DNA of 64,000 nt from Squalus acanthias (lineage: Eukaryota). The stretch spans positions 310,001 to 374,000 of the forward strand of contig JASTWF010000331.1 of assembly GCA_030390025.1 (NCBI GenBank), in the 5' to 3' direction. The notes under the pieces were generated by a model. The model did no database searches, was not told the DNA's origin, and saw only the letters and a list, made by a program, of their open reading frames with translations. The position numbers were made by a program, and so were the translations under genes. Below, in pieces: positions 37,950-49,937 of this stretch. Positions within the stretch are counted from its first letter, which is position 1. Each line of letters opens with the position of its first letter.

Positions 37950-40900
37950 TACCCAGTTTCCCCCCGCGATTTCCCCCATGGGCGGGTCGGGTGGGGCCAG
38001 GGACGGTAGCGTGCCGGGCCGGGGGGGCCAGGTCGGGTGGAGTCGGTGGCGGGTCGGGTGGTGCTGGGGGCGGTGGCGGGTCAGCTGGGGCCGGGGGCGG
38101 GTCGGGTCGGGGTGGGGTCAGGGTCAGTGGAGGGTCGTGGCCTCGCTCTGGAGAATTGCAGGAAGCGGGCTTGATGACCTCATTTGATGACGCACACATT
38201 GAGTTTGCCCATTGTGATGTCAGTGTTCTACAGTATTGAGGTTCTACAAACACTGACAACATTGGCACAGAGGAGCTCGGCTGCACCCAGGCTCTCCCAG
38301 AACTCCCTCTATATGGTTATGGAGGGAGCCGCAGCACGCAGGGAGGTTCTCTTCACTTCCAACGGGCGGAATAGACCAACACAGCCTGCTTGCACATTGC
38401 ACAGTGAGGCTCAAGCAGGGATGTAGTCGGGAGGATCAGGCTGCAGTGGTACAAACCTTTCAATTATCTCAGTAGATCACAAAACGTTACTGCAAAGCCA
38501 CACTCAACCTCATTCTGCTGTGTCACTGATCATATCCCCATCACTCTGCCTTCCCTACTCTACTCCTGCACATTCTTACTCACAACTTACCTTGCACCTC
38601 CACCCATCCCACTCTCTCTAAATTATCACATGTCCATCTCACTAGCCACCCCACACACTCACCCTCGTCCTACTCCAATCATACCAAATAACAACACACA
38701 AGGGTAGGCAATTGTGTGTTTTAGCCAATGTTCATGTGAAGCTTCTGTTAATTCTTTTTATTAGTTTATGGGATCTGGGTGTCGCTGGCAATGCCAGCAT
38801 TTATTGCCCATATCTAGTTGACCTTGAGAAGGTGGTGGTGAGCCACCTTCTTGAAGTGCTGCCGTCTGTGTGGTGATGGTACTCCCACAGTGCTGTTAGG
38901 TAGGGAGTTCCAGGAATTTGACCAAGTGACGATGAAGGAACGGCGATATACTTCTAAGTCAGGATGGTGTGTGATTTGGAGGGGAACTTGCAGGTGGTGG
39001 TGTTCCCATGCTGCTGCTGCCCTTGTCCTTCTAGGTGGAAGAGGTCACAGGTTTGGGAGGTGCTGCCGTAGAAGCCTTGTCGAGTTGTTGCATTGCGTCA
39101 TGTAGATGGTGCACACTGCAGCCAAGTTGCGCTGGTGGTGGAGGGATTGAATGATTAATGTGGTGGATGTGGTGCCAATCAAGCGGGCTGCTTGGTCCTG
39201 TGATGTTGGGGACCTCAGGAGTAGGCCGATATGGATCATCCACTCGGCACTTCTGGCTGAAGATGGTTGCAAACGCTTCAGCCTTGTCTTTTGCACTGTC
39301 GTGCTGAGCTCCACCATCATTGAGGATGGGGATATTCATGGAGCCATCTACTCCCGTTAGTTGTTTAATGATCCACGACCATTCACGTCTGCATGTGGCA
39401 GAACTTCAGACCTTAAGACCTTAAACCTGATCCGTTGATGGTGGGATCGCCTAGCCCTGTCTATAGCACGCTGCTTCTCTTTTAGCATGCATGTAGTCCT
39501 GTGTTGCAGCTTCCCCATGTTGGCACCTCCTTTTTAGGTACGCCTGGTGCCGCTCTTGGCATGCTCTTCTACACTCGCTGTTGAACCAGGGTTGGTCCGC
39601 TGGCAATGTTAGAGTGAGAGATATGAGGTTACAAATTTTGGCGGAATACAATTCTGCTGCTGCCCCACAGCGCCTCATGGATGCCCAGTTGTGAGCTGCT
39701 AGATCTGTTCTGAATCTATCACATTTAGCACGGAGGTAGTGCCACACAACACGATGGAGGGTGTCCTCAGTGTGAAGATGGCTTCGTCTCCACAATGACT
39801 GTGCGGTGGTCACTGCTGCCACGGACAGATGCATCTGCGACAGGTAGAGTGGTGAGGACGAGGTCAAGTATGTTTTACCCTCACCACCTGCCGCAGGCTG
39901 GCTGGCTGTTATATCCTTCAGGACTTGGCCAGCAGTGGTGCTACCGAGCCACTGTTGGTGGTGGACATTGAAGTCCCCCACCCAGATTACATTCTGTGCC
40001 CTTGCTACTTCCAAGTGGTGTTCAACATGGAGGAGTACTGATTCATCAGCTGAGGGTGGGTGGTAGGTGGTAATCAGCAGGAGGTTTACTTGCCCATGTT
40101 TGACGTGAGTCATGAGACTTCATGGGGTCCGAAGTCAATGTTGAGGACTCCCAGGGACACTCCTTCCCCCGACTGTATACCACTGTGCCACCACCCCTGG
40201 TGTGTCTGTTCTGCAGGTGGGACAAGACATAACCAGGGATGGTGATGGAGAAATTCGGGACATTGGCTGAAAGGTATCATTCTGTCAGGCTGTTGCTTGA
40301 CTAGTCTGTGCGACAGCTCTCCCAATTTTGGCAGAAGTCCCCAGATGTTGGTGAGGAGGACTTTGCAGGGTTGACTGGGCTGGGTGCACTGTTGCCCTGT
40401 CCGTAGCCGGTGCCGAATGGTCATTTTGTTTCATAGCTGTTACTTACTAGGCCATTTCAGAGGGCAGTTAACAGTCAACCACATTGCTGTGGGTTTGGAG
40501 TTACTAGCCCAGTGACATTACCACTACGCTACCGTTCCCTAATGGGGTGTCAAACATTGTAATCTTTATTTTCAACTCTTTCCGTTTTTCAACAGATTTG
40601 TCTGCACCTTTGGATGTGGCTTTGTGAGTTGCAGTGAATGGTGAGACATAACAGAACTCCCCGCAATGCTGCTGAGTGTGACAGGAATGGTTTGGGCATT
40701 GTAGGGATGCTTTGTGTTGTTGGTGTGGGCTGGTGCCAACCTGGCGCATCATGTGTCATCCAGGGCGTACAGGGTCAAGTGAAGACAACCTGGCCAAAGT
40801 GAGGCCATCTCTGGTGCCCCGGGCAGCAATGTGGTCGGGTGTTGATACCCTCTGTGCTGTGCAGCATCAGGAGTTGCGGAACAGGTTGGTGTTGTTGTTG

Positions 40901-41540
40901 GTGCTGCTGGTGTGCCTGGTGCTGCAGGTGTTGGGGCTGATCGTGGCTGGGACTCTGAGGCCCAAGGTGAGACAGTATAAACCATACCCGTGCTGATATA
41001 ATAGATGGCAGGTGAACTTGAGATGTCAGAAGCAATCTGTCACTGGTGAGAGAGATTGTTCCATTGGGGGGACACTGGATAAAGAGTTTGCTCCAAACAC
41101 TTGCAGCCTGCATAAAGCTCAATCTGTCTTCCAAATGCAGTAAGCAACAGCGTCTGTGCTTGGAAAGTGAACAGCTGTGAGATGGGAGCTTTTATAGCAC
41201 ATTTCCAGCTGTCAAGTAATGAGATGATTCCATGGCCTTTCAACTCCCGCCCTGCTTACCTGACGTGATCCCCGAGCAGCCTGGACCACGTGGGCGACCT
41301 GGTAAACTCAGAAGGTGAGCAGAAAATAGTTGTTAATCCTTTGTTAACAAGGTCATAATGACCTGAATTGCCTCCCCTGCCGCAACATGTCGGGTCTGCT
41401 AAGCGCCGACAGACCCGACATTTGGGAAAGGCGCGTGGCGGCGGGTTGACAGCGGGGTCCAGACCTGCTGGGGAAAAATCCATTTTCCCAATTGACCCGC
41501 CACTGATCGCGCCCGCTGACCCTTGCGAAATTCCCCCCTC
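37950..41540. mobile_element. Probable degenerate PIF/Harbinger-like element (Myb/SANT remnant at about 38280-38480), interrupted by a LINE
   Basis: APRLSQNSL..AARREVLF..GRNRP and VVGRIRLQWYKPFNYLSRS resemble Harbinger Myb/SANT proteins; boundaries uncertain. Confidence 0.4.
38755..40538 (-). mobile_element. Degenerate non-LTR retrotransposon (APE endonuclease retained, RT largely deleted) with tRNA-like 5' head
   Basis: LLITTYHPPS..VGDFNVHH, PWFNSEC and KDKAEAFATIFSQKC motifs; head GGAACGGTAGCGTAGTGGTAATGTCACTG. Confidence 0.75.
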
Positions 41541-41924
41541 ACTGGGAATGTATCTCACTGTGTCCAACTGCCCATATATTCAGGGACTGTCCGTAACTGT
41601 ATTTATTAACTAAAGTGCTAACTGTATGAAGCCTTTAAATGTCCCTCAGTCCGGTCTCATTCCCTGATGATCAGAATTACCCTCCTGGAGCTCAGTGTCA
41701 TGTTTGGAGAAACTTGTCTCATTTCTGCTGCTCCTTAATTCCCGGAGTTTCTGGGAATGGGGCGATTTTCCCCAGAATTAAATGATAAAGCGGTGATTCC
41801 CTGTACTTTATACACTGCGCATTATATTAATCTGTATAATATCTTGGGGTGAGTTATATTGTGAAACGCTAACTGCTGCTGTAAAATCAGTCCCCCAGGA
41901 TTTTATATAACACGGAGAATTTAT

Positions 41925-43232
41925 TCTGAAATAAAAACAGGAAATGCTGGAAATCCCCAGCAGGTCAGGCAGCATCTATAGAGAGTGAAACAGAGTTAAT
42001 GTTTCAGGTCGAGGACCCTTCGTCAGAACTGGAAAAAGTTACAGATGTAACAGATTTTTAAGCAAGTGTCGGGGCCGGGAAAGGTGGGGGGAGCGGAGGA
42101 AAGAACAAAAGGGAAGGTCTGTGATAGGGTGGAAGACAGGAGAGATTAAAAGACAAAAGGGATGACGGTGCAAGCAAAAGGTGATGGTAATGGGACAAGT
42201 TAAGAAACAAAAGATGAATCTAGATGAGGTGTGAATGGCAATGGCAGAATCATCAACAGCTGTCATGCGAGAGAAAAAAAGGGAAAAGGAAAAACAATAA
42301 TGAAAAAAATAAAATAGGGGCCGAGTTTATAACCTGAAATTGTTGAACTCGATGTTGAGTCCAGAAGGCTGTAAAGTTCCTAATTGAAAGATGAGGTCTG
42401 TTCCTCGATCTTATGTTGTACTTTGTTGGAAGAGTGTAAGAGGCCGAGAATAGAGAGATCCGAGTGGGAGTGGAGCAGAGAATTAAAGCGATAGGCGACC
42501 AGAAGCTCGGGGTCACACTTACGGACTGAGCGGAGGTGTTCCACAAAGCGGTCACCCAATCTGCGTTTGGTCTCCCCAATGTAGAGGAGACCGCATCATG
42601 AGCAGCGAATAGAGTTTAATAAATTGCAAGAAGTAGAAGAAAATCGCTGTTTTACCTGGAAGGAGTGTTTGGGGCCCTGGACAGTGTGAAGGGAAGAGGT
42701 AAAAGGGAAGGTGTAGCATCTCCTGTGCTTGCACGGGAAGGTGCCGTGGGAAGAGGGAGGGGTGTTGGGCTGATTGAGGACTGAACCAGGGTGTCGTGCA
42801 GGGAGCGGGCCCTGCGGAATGCTGAAAGGGGAGGGGAGGGTAAGATGTGTTTGGTGGTGGTATCACGCTGGAGGTGGCGGAAATGGCGGAGGATGATCCG
42901 TTGAATGCGGAGGCTGGTGGGGTGAAAGGTGAGGACAAGGGGAACCCTATCGTGGTTCTGGGAAGGAGGGAAAGGGGTGAGAGCAGAAGTGCGGGAAATA
43001 GAACGGACATGGTCAAGAGCCGTGTCACCATGGTAGAGGGGAATCCTCGGTTGAGGAAAAAGGAAGACATGTCGGAAGCACGAGTATGGAACGTGGCATT
43101 GTCAGAGGAGATGCGGCAGAGACAGAAAAACTGGGAGAATAGACCAGGGTCCTTACAGGAAGCGAGGTGGGAGGAAGTGTATTCCAGGTAGCTGTGGGAG
43201 TCAGAGGACTTATAGTGAATGTTTGTCAATAG
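41925..43232 (-). mobile_element. Degenerate 5'-truncated Neptune-type PLE related to 27067-29718; hammerhead remnant at 41994-42030
   Basis: LLTNIHYK..DSHSYL.YTSSH and GIY-YIG remnants with frameshifts; pLTR with CTGACGA..GAAA. Confidence 0.9.
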
Positions 43233-44119
43233 CAGCAATAGAGTTTATTCTGTCCCGTTACAAGTTTCAAATGTCCATGTGCTCCTAGTTTATAGGGGAG
43301 GGGAGTCTCTCACTTTATTCCCATTAAACTGGCTCTACATTTATTTCAGGTGTAACTGGCCCGACAGTTAAGGGGGAATTTTCGGAACTTCCCTCCCCGA
43401 GCGGGGCCTCACACACAGGGGGCGGATTATTGGAAATTCCCGGCTTCACTGCCCCCAGTTTACCCAGGAGCCGCCCGCTGTTTGCGAGGCCCCACCGCTG
43501 GCCGGTGTGTGTCTGTACTCCGGTTAGATTGGAACCTTTTCACCGGCAGGTTTAAGATCCTGAATAGCAATCTTTACTCAATGTTCAGGACTGTGAATAA
43601 TTGTAAACATTTACAGCTGAAAGAATTCCCGATTCCCCAATATTCCCAATCCAGGAAACTACCCCCTCGACAGGACACACCCTGCACGGTATTGGAGTAA
43701 ATATCGAACTGTTAGTGATTTAAACTCGGGTTTCTCTCCTGTTCCCAGTTGAAATGGTGGATATGCAAAACATTTTAAATTAATTTTATCTTTACTGCCG
43801 GATTATATTGTATGTTTACATTCCGTTGTCCAGCCTTATTAAATATGATTTATTGTAATTAAATTATCAGACTCTCAGTGGCATGTATTTGCTGATCCGA
43901 TAAAGATTGTAAAATCCCTACTTGTTCACAAGGATCCATTTTAGATTCTCCAGTCCTTAGGGAATTACTGACCGATCCTCTTATTATTGGTCATATTTGT
44001 GTTGAATCTGCTTCTCACTGGTTTAACTGAACTGTTTGTTTCCCTACATTACGGAGCAACAGCACAATCCGTGACTGTTCTACAATTCACCCAACAGTTA
44101 GAGACAAATAAACAGTTAC

Positions 44120-45857
44120 CTCAACACCCGACATTTGTGCAGTTCGGGTCCCAGCCGCTGGAGTCCCTCACACTGAATGGAGCAGCCTCCGAGATTGAGT
44201 TCTTTTATTGTATCACAGAGTCCAATGACATGAGACAGGACCGCACAGTCAATCGGGGTCAATGTCAATCCACGAAATGTAAGTGATTTCACTGATCCCA
44301 CTGTTTTCCGAGCCAGACCTTTATTCTGAGACTCAAACAGGTAGTGGAATGTGTTCAGGAGGTTCCTTTTACCAGTTTCATTCCCTGTGTTCCTAATCTG
44401 TCCTTCAACCTTCTCCATCACCCAGTCAATCACTCGGCAGGTGGTTTGATGAAGAAAAGGACCCAGAAACTCCTCCAGGGGCCGAGCTGCCTGTGGGGAG
44501 GAGAGACCAGCAACAAAACGGAGAAATATCTCAAATCGCCCATCTTCCTTGCTGTGGGCTTCTCTGAGGAGGTTCAGGGTGTCCCCGGGATCTGGAGTCA
44601 GGAATTGTGTGAGTGCGGCTACAAACTCTTGGATGGTGAGGTGCGGGAATGTGTACACCACGCTCTGGGCAGAATCATCTCTCTCCAAAAGTTCCATCAT
44701 GAACCCAGACAGGAACTGGGAAGGTTGCAGATTGTACTTGATCAAATCTCCGTTTCGAAACACAATCTTCTTCTTGGAGACTCCTGTGAAGGCCATCTCA
44801 CCAAGCTTCAGTAGCACATCACGGGGGCTTTCAATCTCTCGGCCATGGTTTTTCAGAATGTTGTAAATATAGTAGGAATATAGTTGGGTGATGGTCTTGG
44901 GAACTCGCTGCTGATTCCTGTCTCTTTGTGTAAAGAAGGGACCCAGTGACAGACCGAGGATCCAGCAGTAGGAAGGGTTGTAGCTCATGGTGTACAGGAT
45001 ATCGTTCTCTTTCACGTGTTTGAAAACAGCTGCTGCCACCGCCTGATCTTCAAAAAACTTGTTGAAATATTCCTTCCGTTCTTCACCAACAAATCCCAGG
45101 ATTTCAGCCCAGACACTGATCTCAGCCTTTTCCAATAAATGTAATGCAGTGGGGCGGCTGGTCACTAGCACTGAACATCCTGGGAGCAGCTTGTGCTGTA
45201 TTAAACTGTACACAATGTCAGATACTTCACACCAGTCTTCAGGATCTGTGCACATGTGCTGAGGTTCTGTATTTCTCCGATTGTCAGCAAAATTGATCAC
45301 GTCCTTGAATTCATCCAAACCATCGAATATAAACAGCAATCCCTCTGGGTTCTTCCAGAGCTCTCCAAGATTATTCCCAAAGTAAGGATACAGATCCAGT
45401 ATCAGATTCCTCAGGTTTATTCGAAAGTTAATAGCGTTCAAATCCCGGAATTTAAAACTGAAAACAAATTGAAAGTGTGGGTATATTTTCCCAGTGGCCC
45501 AGTCATGAACAATTTTTTGTACCATTGTTGTTTTTCCAATCCCCGGGACTCCGCTCACTGCTCCTGAACTCCCAGAATTGGATTCTCTCCGGGAAAAACT
45601 GCTGTGGAACAATTGATCAGTTCGGATTTTCTCCAGTTCTCCCCGGAGGTGTTCCTCTCTCCACTCTTCATGGTCTCGGCCTCTTGCCAGCAGTTCATGT
45701 TCTACAAGTGTCCGATCTCGAACAGTAGAAATGACCGTTAACTCAGCGTATCGATCAACCAGCTGGAAAATCTTAACCTTCTCCTTTATTAGGATAGTGT
45801 TCACTCTCAGTGTTTCAGTTTGTTCCCGGAGTGTGTCCTTGTGTTTCTGCTGTACAT
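44120..45857 (-). CDS. NLR NACHT exon (NLRC3/NLRP3-like; NACHT-WH-HD2 plus first LRR)
   Basis: Walker A GVPGIGKT, Walker B LLFIFDGLDE, sensor VLVTSR, FPHLTIQEF, FEIFLRFVAGL; acceptor AG at 45859-45858, donor GTAACT at 44119. Confidence 0.96.
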
Positions 45858-46069
45858 CTTCAATTAGAATAGTCAGAAAGTGACTATTATTTGTATTGAC
45901 ATAAATACAACTTCTCAATACTATTTCACTATTCAGTAAAATATTGCAAGATTTAATTGGCAGTTTCGATAGAGATGCGTGTAGAAATTAAAACTCAGTT
46001 AGTAGCTGAGAAATGTTTCAAATCCTCACTTGATTCTAATATTAACTGGGAAATAGGGCACAGGATATC

Positions 46070-46452
46070 AGTGGGATATGGACAGAGTGCGAACGGTCAA
46101 GTGTCCCACTGTTATTGTATCAGACTTTGGGCAGGTTATCTAGGGCATTGTGTGAATTGGGAGTGGGACAGACTGTGAATGGTCAAGTGTCCCACTGTTA
46201 CTGTATCAGACCTTGGGCAGGTTATCTGGGGCATTGTGTGAATTGGGAGTGGGACAGACGGTGAATGGTTAAGTGTCCCAATGTTACTGTATCAGACCTT
46301 GGGCAGGTTATCTGGGGCATTGTGTGAATTGGGAGTGGGACAGACTGTGAATGGTCAATTGTCCCACTGTTACTGTATCAGACCTTGGGCAGGTTATCTG
46401 GGGCATTGTGTGAATTGCGAGTGGGACAGTCTGTGAATGGAAGGATGTTCCA
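46070..46452. repeat. 86-bp minisatellite, ~4.5 copies
   Basis: GCAGGTTATC recurs at 46131, 46217, 46303 and 46389. Confidence 0.93.
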
Positions 46453-49400
46453 CTCAGCGTTCTACTCATTCGTTCGACTATTCTTTGTGCTAATTTCACT
46501 AAAATTATGAAGATAAACAATAACTTCCTAGTCACCCTGAACATTGTACATTTCTCACATTTCTACACGGATTAATGTTCTACTGTGTGAACATAAGTAC
46601 ATTTTCCCAGATCGGAAAAACCTCTTTCCGACATCTTATTTTGTGCTGAGAAGCGATAACATTTTGCTATTACGCATGTCTCCATCTCTTTCCCTACACT
46701 TTATGGTGAGACCGAATTCTAGGGGTCCAGAAACCCTGAATATGCAGCTCAAGGAAATGTAAGATCCCAGAGATTCTGTGTGGCACATGGGTGATGTGTA
46801 TTAAGATTTGCTGTATATTGGAAGAGTAGCTGAAGTGTATGATGCTTCACAGTGTATCAGGATACTGCCAGGTGTGTATGGGGTTTCACAGTGTATCAGG
46901 ATCCTGCAAGGTGTGTATGGGGTTTCACAGTGTTATCAGGATCCTGCCAGGTGTGTATGGGGTTTCACAGTGTATCAGAATCCTGCCAGGTGTGTATGGG
47001 GTTTCACAGTGCATCAGAATCCTGCCAGGTATGTATGGGGTTTCACAGTGTATGACGATCCTGCCAGGTGTGTATGGGGTTTTCACAGTGTATCAGGATC
47101 CTGCCAGGTGTGTATGGGGTTTCACAGTGTATCAGGATCCTGCCAGGTGTGTATGGGGTTTCACAGTGCATCAGGATCCTGCCAGGTGTGTATGGGGTTT
47201 TCACAGTGCATCAGGATCCTGCCAGGTGTGTATGGGGTTTCACAGTGTATCAGGATCCTGCCAGGTGTGTATGGGGTTTCACAGTGTATCAGGATCCTGC
47301 CAGGTGTGTATGGGGTTTCACAGTGTATCAGGATCCTGCCAGGTGTGTATGGGGTTTCACAGTGTATCAGGATCCTGCCAGGTGTGTATGGGGTTTCACA
47401 GTGTATCAGGATCCTGCCAGGTGTGTATGGGCTTTCACAGTGTATCAGGATCCTGCCAGGTGTGTATGGGGTTTCACAGTGTATCAGGATCCTGCCAGGT
47501 GCGTATGGGATTTCACAGAGTATCAGATCCTGCCATGTGTGTATGTGGTTTCACAGTGTATCAGGATCCTGCCAGTTGTGTATGGGGTTTCACAGTGTAT
47601 CAGATCCTGCCAGGTGTCTATGTGGTTTCACAGTGTATCAGAATCCTGCCAGGTGTGTATGGGGTTTCACAGTGCAACAGGATCCTGCCAGGTGTGTATG
47701 GGGTTTCCCAGTGAATCAGGTTACGCCCAGGTGTTTATGGGATTTCACAGTGCATCAGGATCCTGCCAGGTGTGTATGGGGTTTCACAGTGCAACAGGAT
47801 CCAATCAGGTGTGTATGGGGTTTCACAGTGAATCAGGTTCTAGCCAGTGGTGTATGGGCTTTCACAGTGTATCAGGATCCTGCTAGGTGTGTATGGGGTT
47901 TCACAGTGTATCAGGATCCTGCCAGTTCTGTATGGGGCTTCACAGTGTATCAGGATCTTGCCAGGTGTGTATGGGGTTAAACAATGTATCAGGATCTAGA
48001 CAGGTGTGTATGAGGTTTCACAGTGTATCAGGATCCTGACCGGTGTGTATGGGGTTTCACAGTGTATCAGGATCCTGCCAAGTGTGTATGGGGATTCACT
48101 GTGTATCAGGATCCTGCCAGGTGTGTGTGGGGTTACACAGAGTATCAAGATCCTGCCAGGTGTGTATGGGGTTTCACAGTGTATCAGGAACCTGCCAGGT
48201 GGGTTTGGGGTTACACAGAGTATCAAGATCCTGCCAGGTGTGTATGGGGTTTCACAGTGTAACAGGATCCTGCCAGGTTTTTATGGTGTTTCACAGTAGA
48301 TCAGGAACCTGCCAGGTGTGTATGACTTTTCATAATGTATCAGGATCCTGCCAGGTTAGTTTGGGGTGACACAGTGTATCAGGATCCTGCCAGGTGTGTA
48401 TGTGGTTTCACAGTGTATCAGGATCCTGCCAGGTGTGTATGGGGGTTTAATAGTGTATCAGGATCCTGCCAGTTGTGTATGGGTTTTCACAGTGTATCAG
48501 GATCCTGCCAGGTGTGTATGGGGTTTCACAGTCTATCAGGATCCTGCCAGGTGTGTATGGTGTTTCACAGTGTATCAGGATCCTGCCAGGTGTGTATGGG
48601 GTTTCACAGTGTATCAGGATCCTGCCAGGTGTGTATGGGGTTTCACAGTGTATCAGGATCCTGCCAGGTGTGTATGGGGTTACACATTGTATCAGAAACC
48701 TGCCAGGTGTGTATGGGGTTTCACAGTGTATCAGGATCCTGCCAGGGGTGTATGTGTTTGCTCAGTGTATCAGGATCCTGCAAGGTGTGTATTGGGTTTC
48801 ACAGTCTATCAGGATCCTGCCAGGTGTGTATGGGGTTTCACATTCTATCAGGATCCTGCCAGGTATGTATGGGATTTCACAGTGTATCAGGATCCTGCCA
48901 GGTGTGTATGGGGTTTCACAGTGCAACAGGATCCTGGCAGGTGTGTATGGGGTTTCACAGTGAATCAGGAACCTGCCAGGTGTGTATGGGGTTTCACAGT
49001 GTATCAGGATCCTGCCAGGTGTGTATGGGGTTTCACAGTGTATGGGGTTTCACAGTGTATCAGGATCCTGCCAGGTGTGTATGGGGTTTCACAGTGTATC
49101 AGGATCCTGCCAGGTGTGTATGGGGTAACACAGTGTATCAGGATCCTGCCAGATATGTATGGGGTTTCACAATGTATCAGGATCCTGACAGGTGTGGATG
49201 GGGTTTCTCAGTGTATCGGGTTCCTGTCAGGTGTGTATGGGGTTTCAGTGTATCAGGATCCCGCCAGGTGTGTATGGGGTTTCACAGTGTATCAGGATCC
49301 TGCCAGGTGTGTATGGAGTTTCACAGTGTATCATGATCCTGCCAGGCGTGTATGGGGTTTCAGAATGTATCAGGATCCTGCCAGGTGTGTATGGGTTTTC

Positions 49401-49937
49401 ACAATGTATCAGGATCCTGCCAGGTGAGTTTGGGGTTCCACAGTCTATCAGGATCCTGCCAGGTGTGTATGGGTTTTCACAATGTATCAGGATCCTGCCA
49501 GGTGTGTATGGGTTTTCACAATGTATCAGGATCCTGCCAGGTGAGTTTGGGGTTACACAGTGTATCGGGATCCTGCCAGGTGTGTATGGGGTTTCAGAAT
49601 GTATCAGGATCCTGCCAGGTGTGTATGGGTTTTCACAATGTATCAGGATCCTGCCAGGTGTGTATGGGGTTTCAGAAAGTATCAGGATCCTGCCAGGTGT
49701 GTATGGGTTTTCACAATGTATCAGGATCCTGCCAGGTGTGTGTGGGGTTACACAGAGTATCCAGATCCTGCCAGGTGTGTATGGGGTTTCACAGTGTATC
49801 AGGAACCTGCCAGGTGGGTTTGGGGTTAAACAGAGTATCCAGATCCTGCCAGGTGTGTATGGGGTTTCACAGTAGATCAGGAACCTGCCAGGTGTGTATG
49901 GGTTTTCATAATGTTTCAGGATCCTGCCAGGTGAGTT

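Noticed and set aside
45858..45918. N-terminus MRSCIYV.. of the 600-aa ORF, and its stop at 44116
   Set aside because: Intronic extensions beyond the splice sites; not the true start or stop
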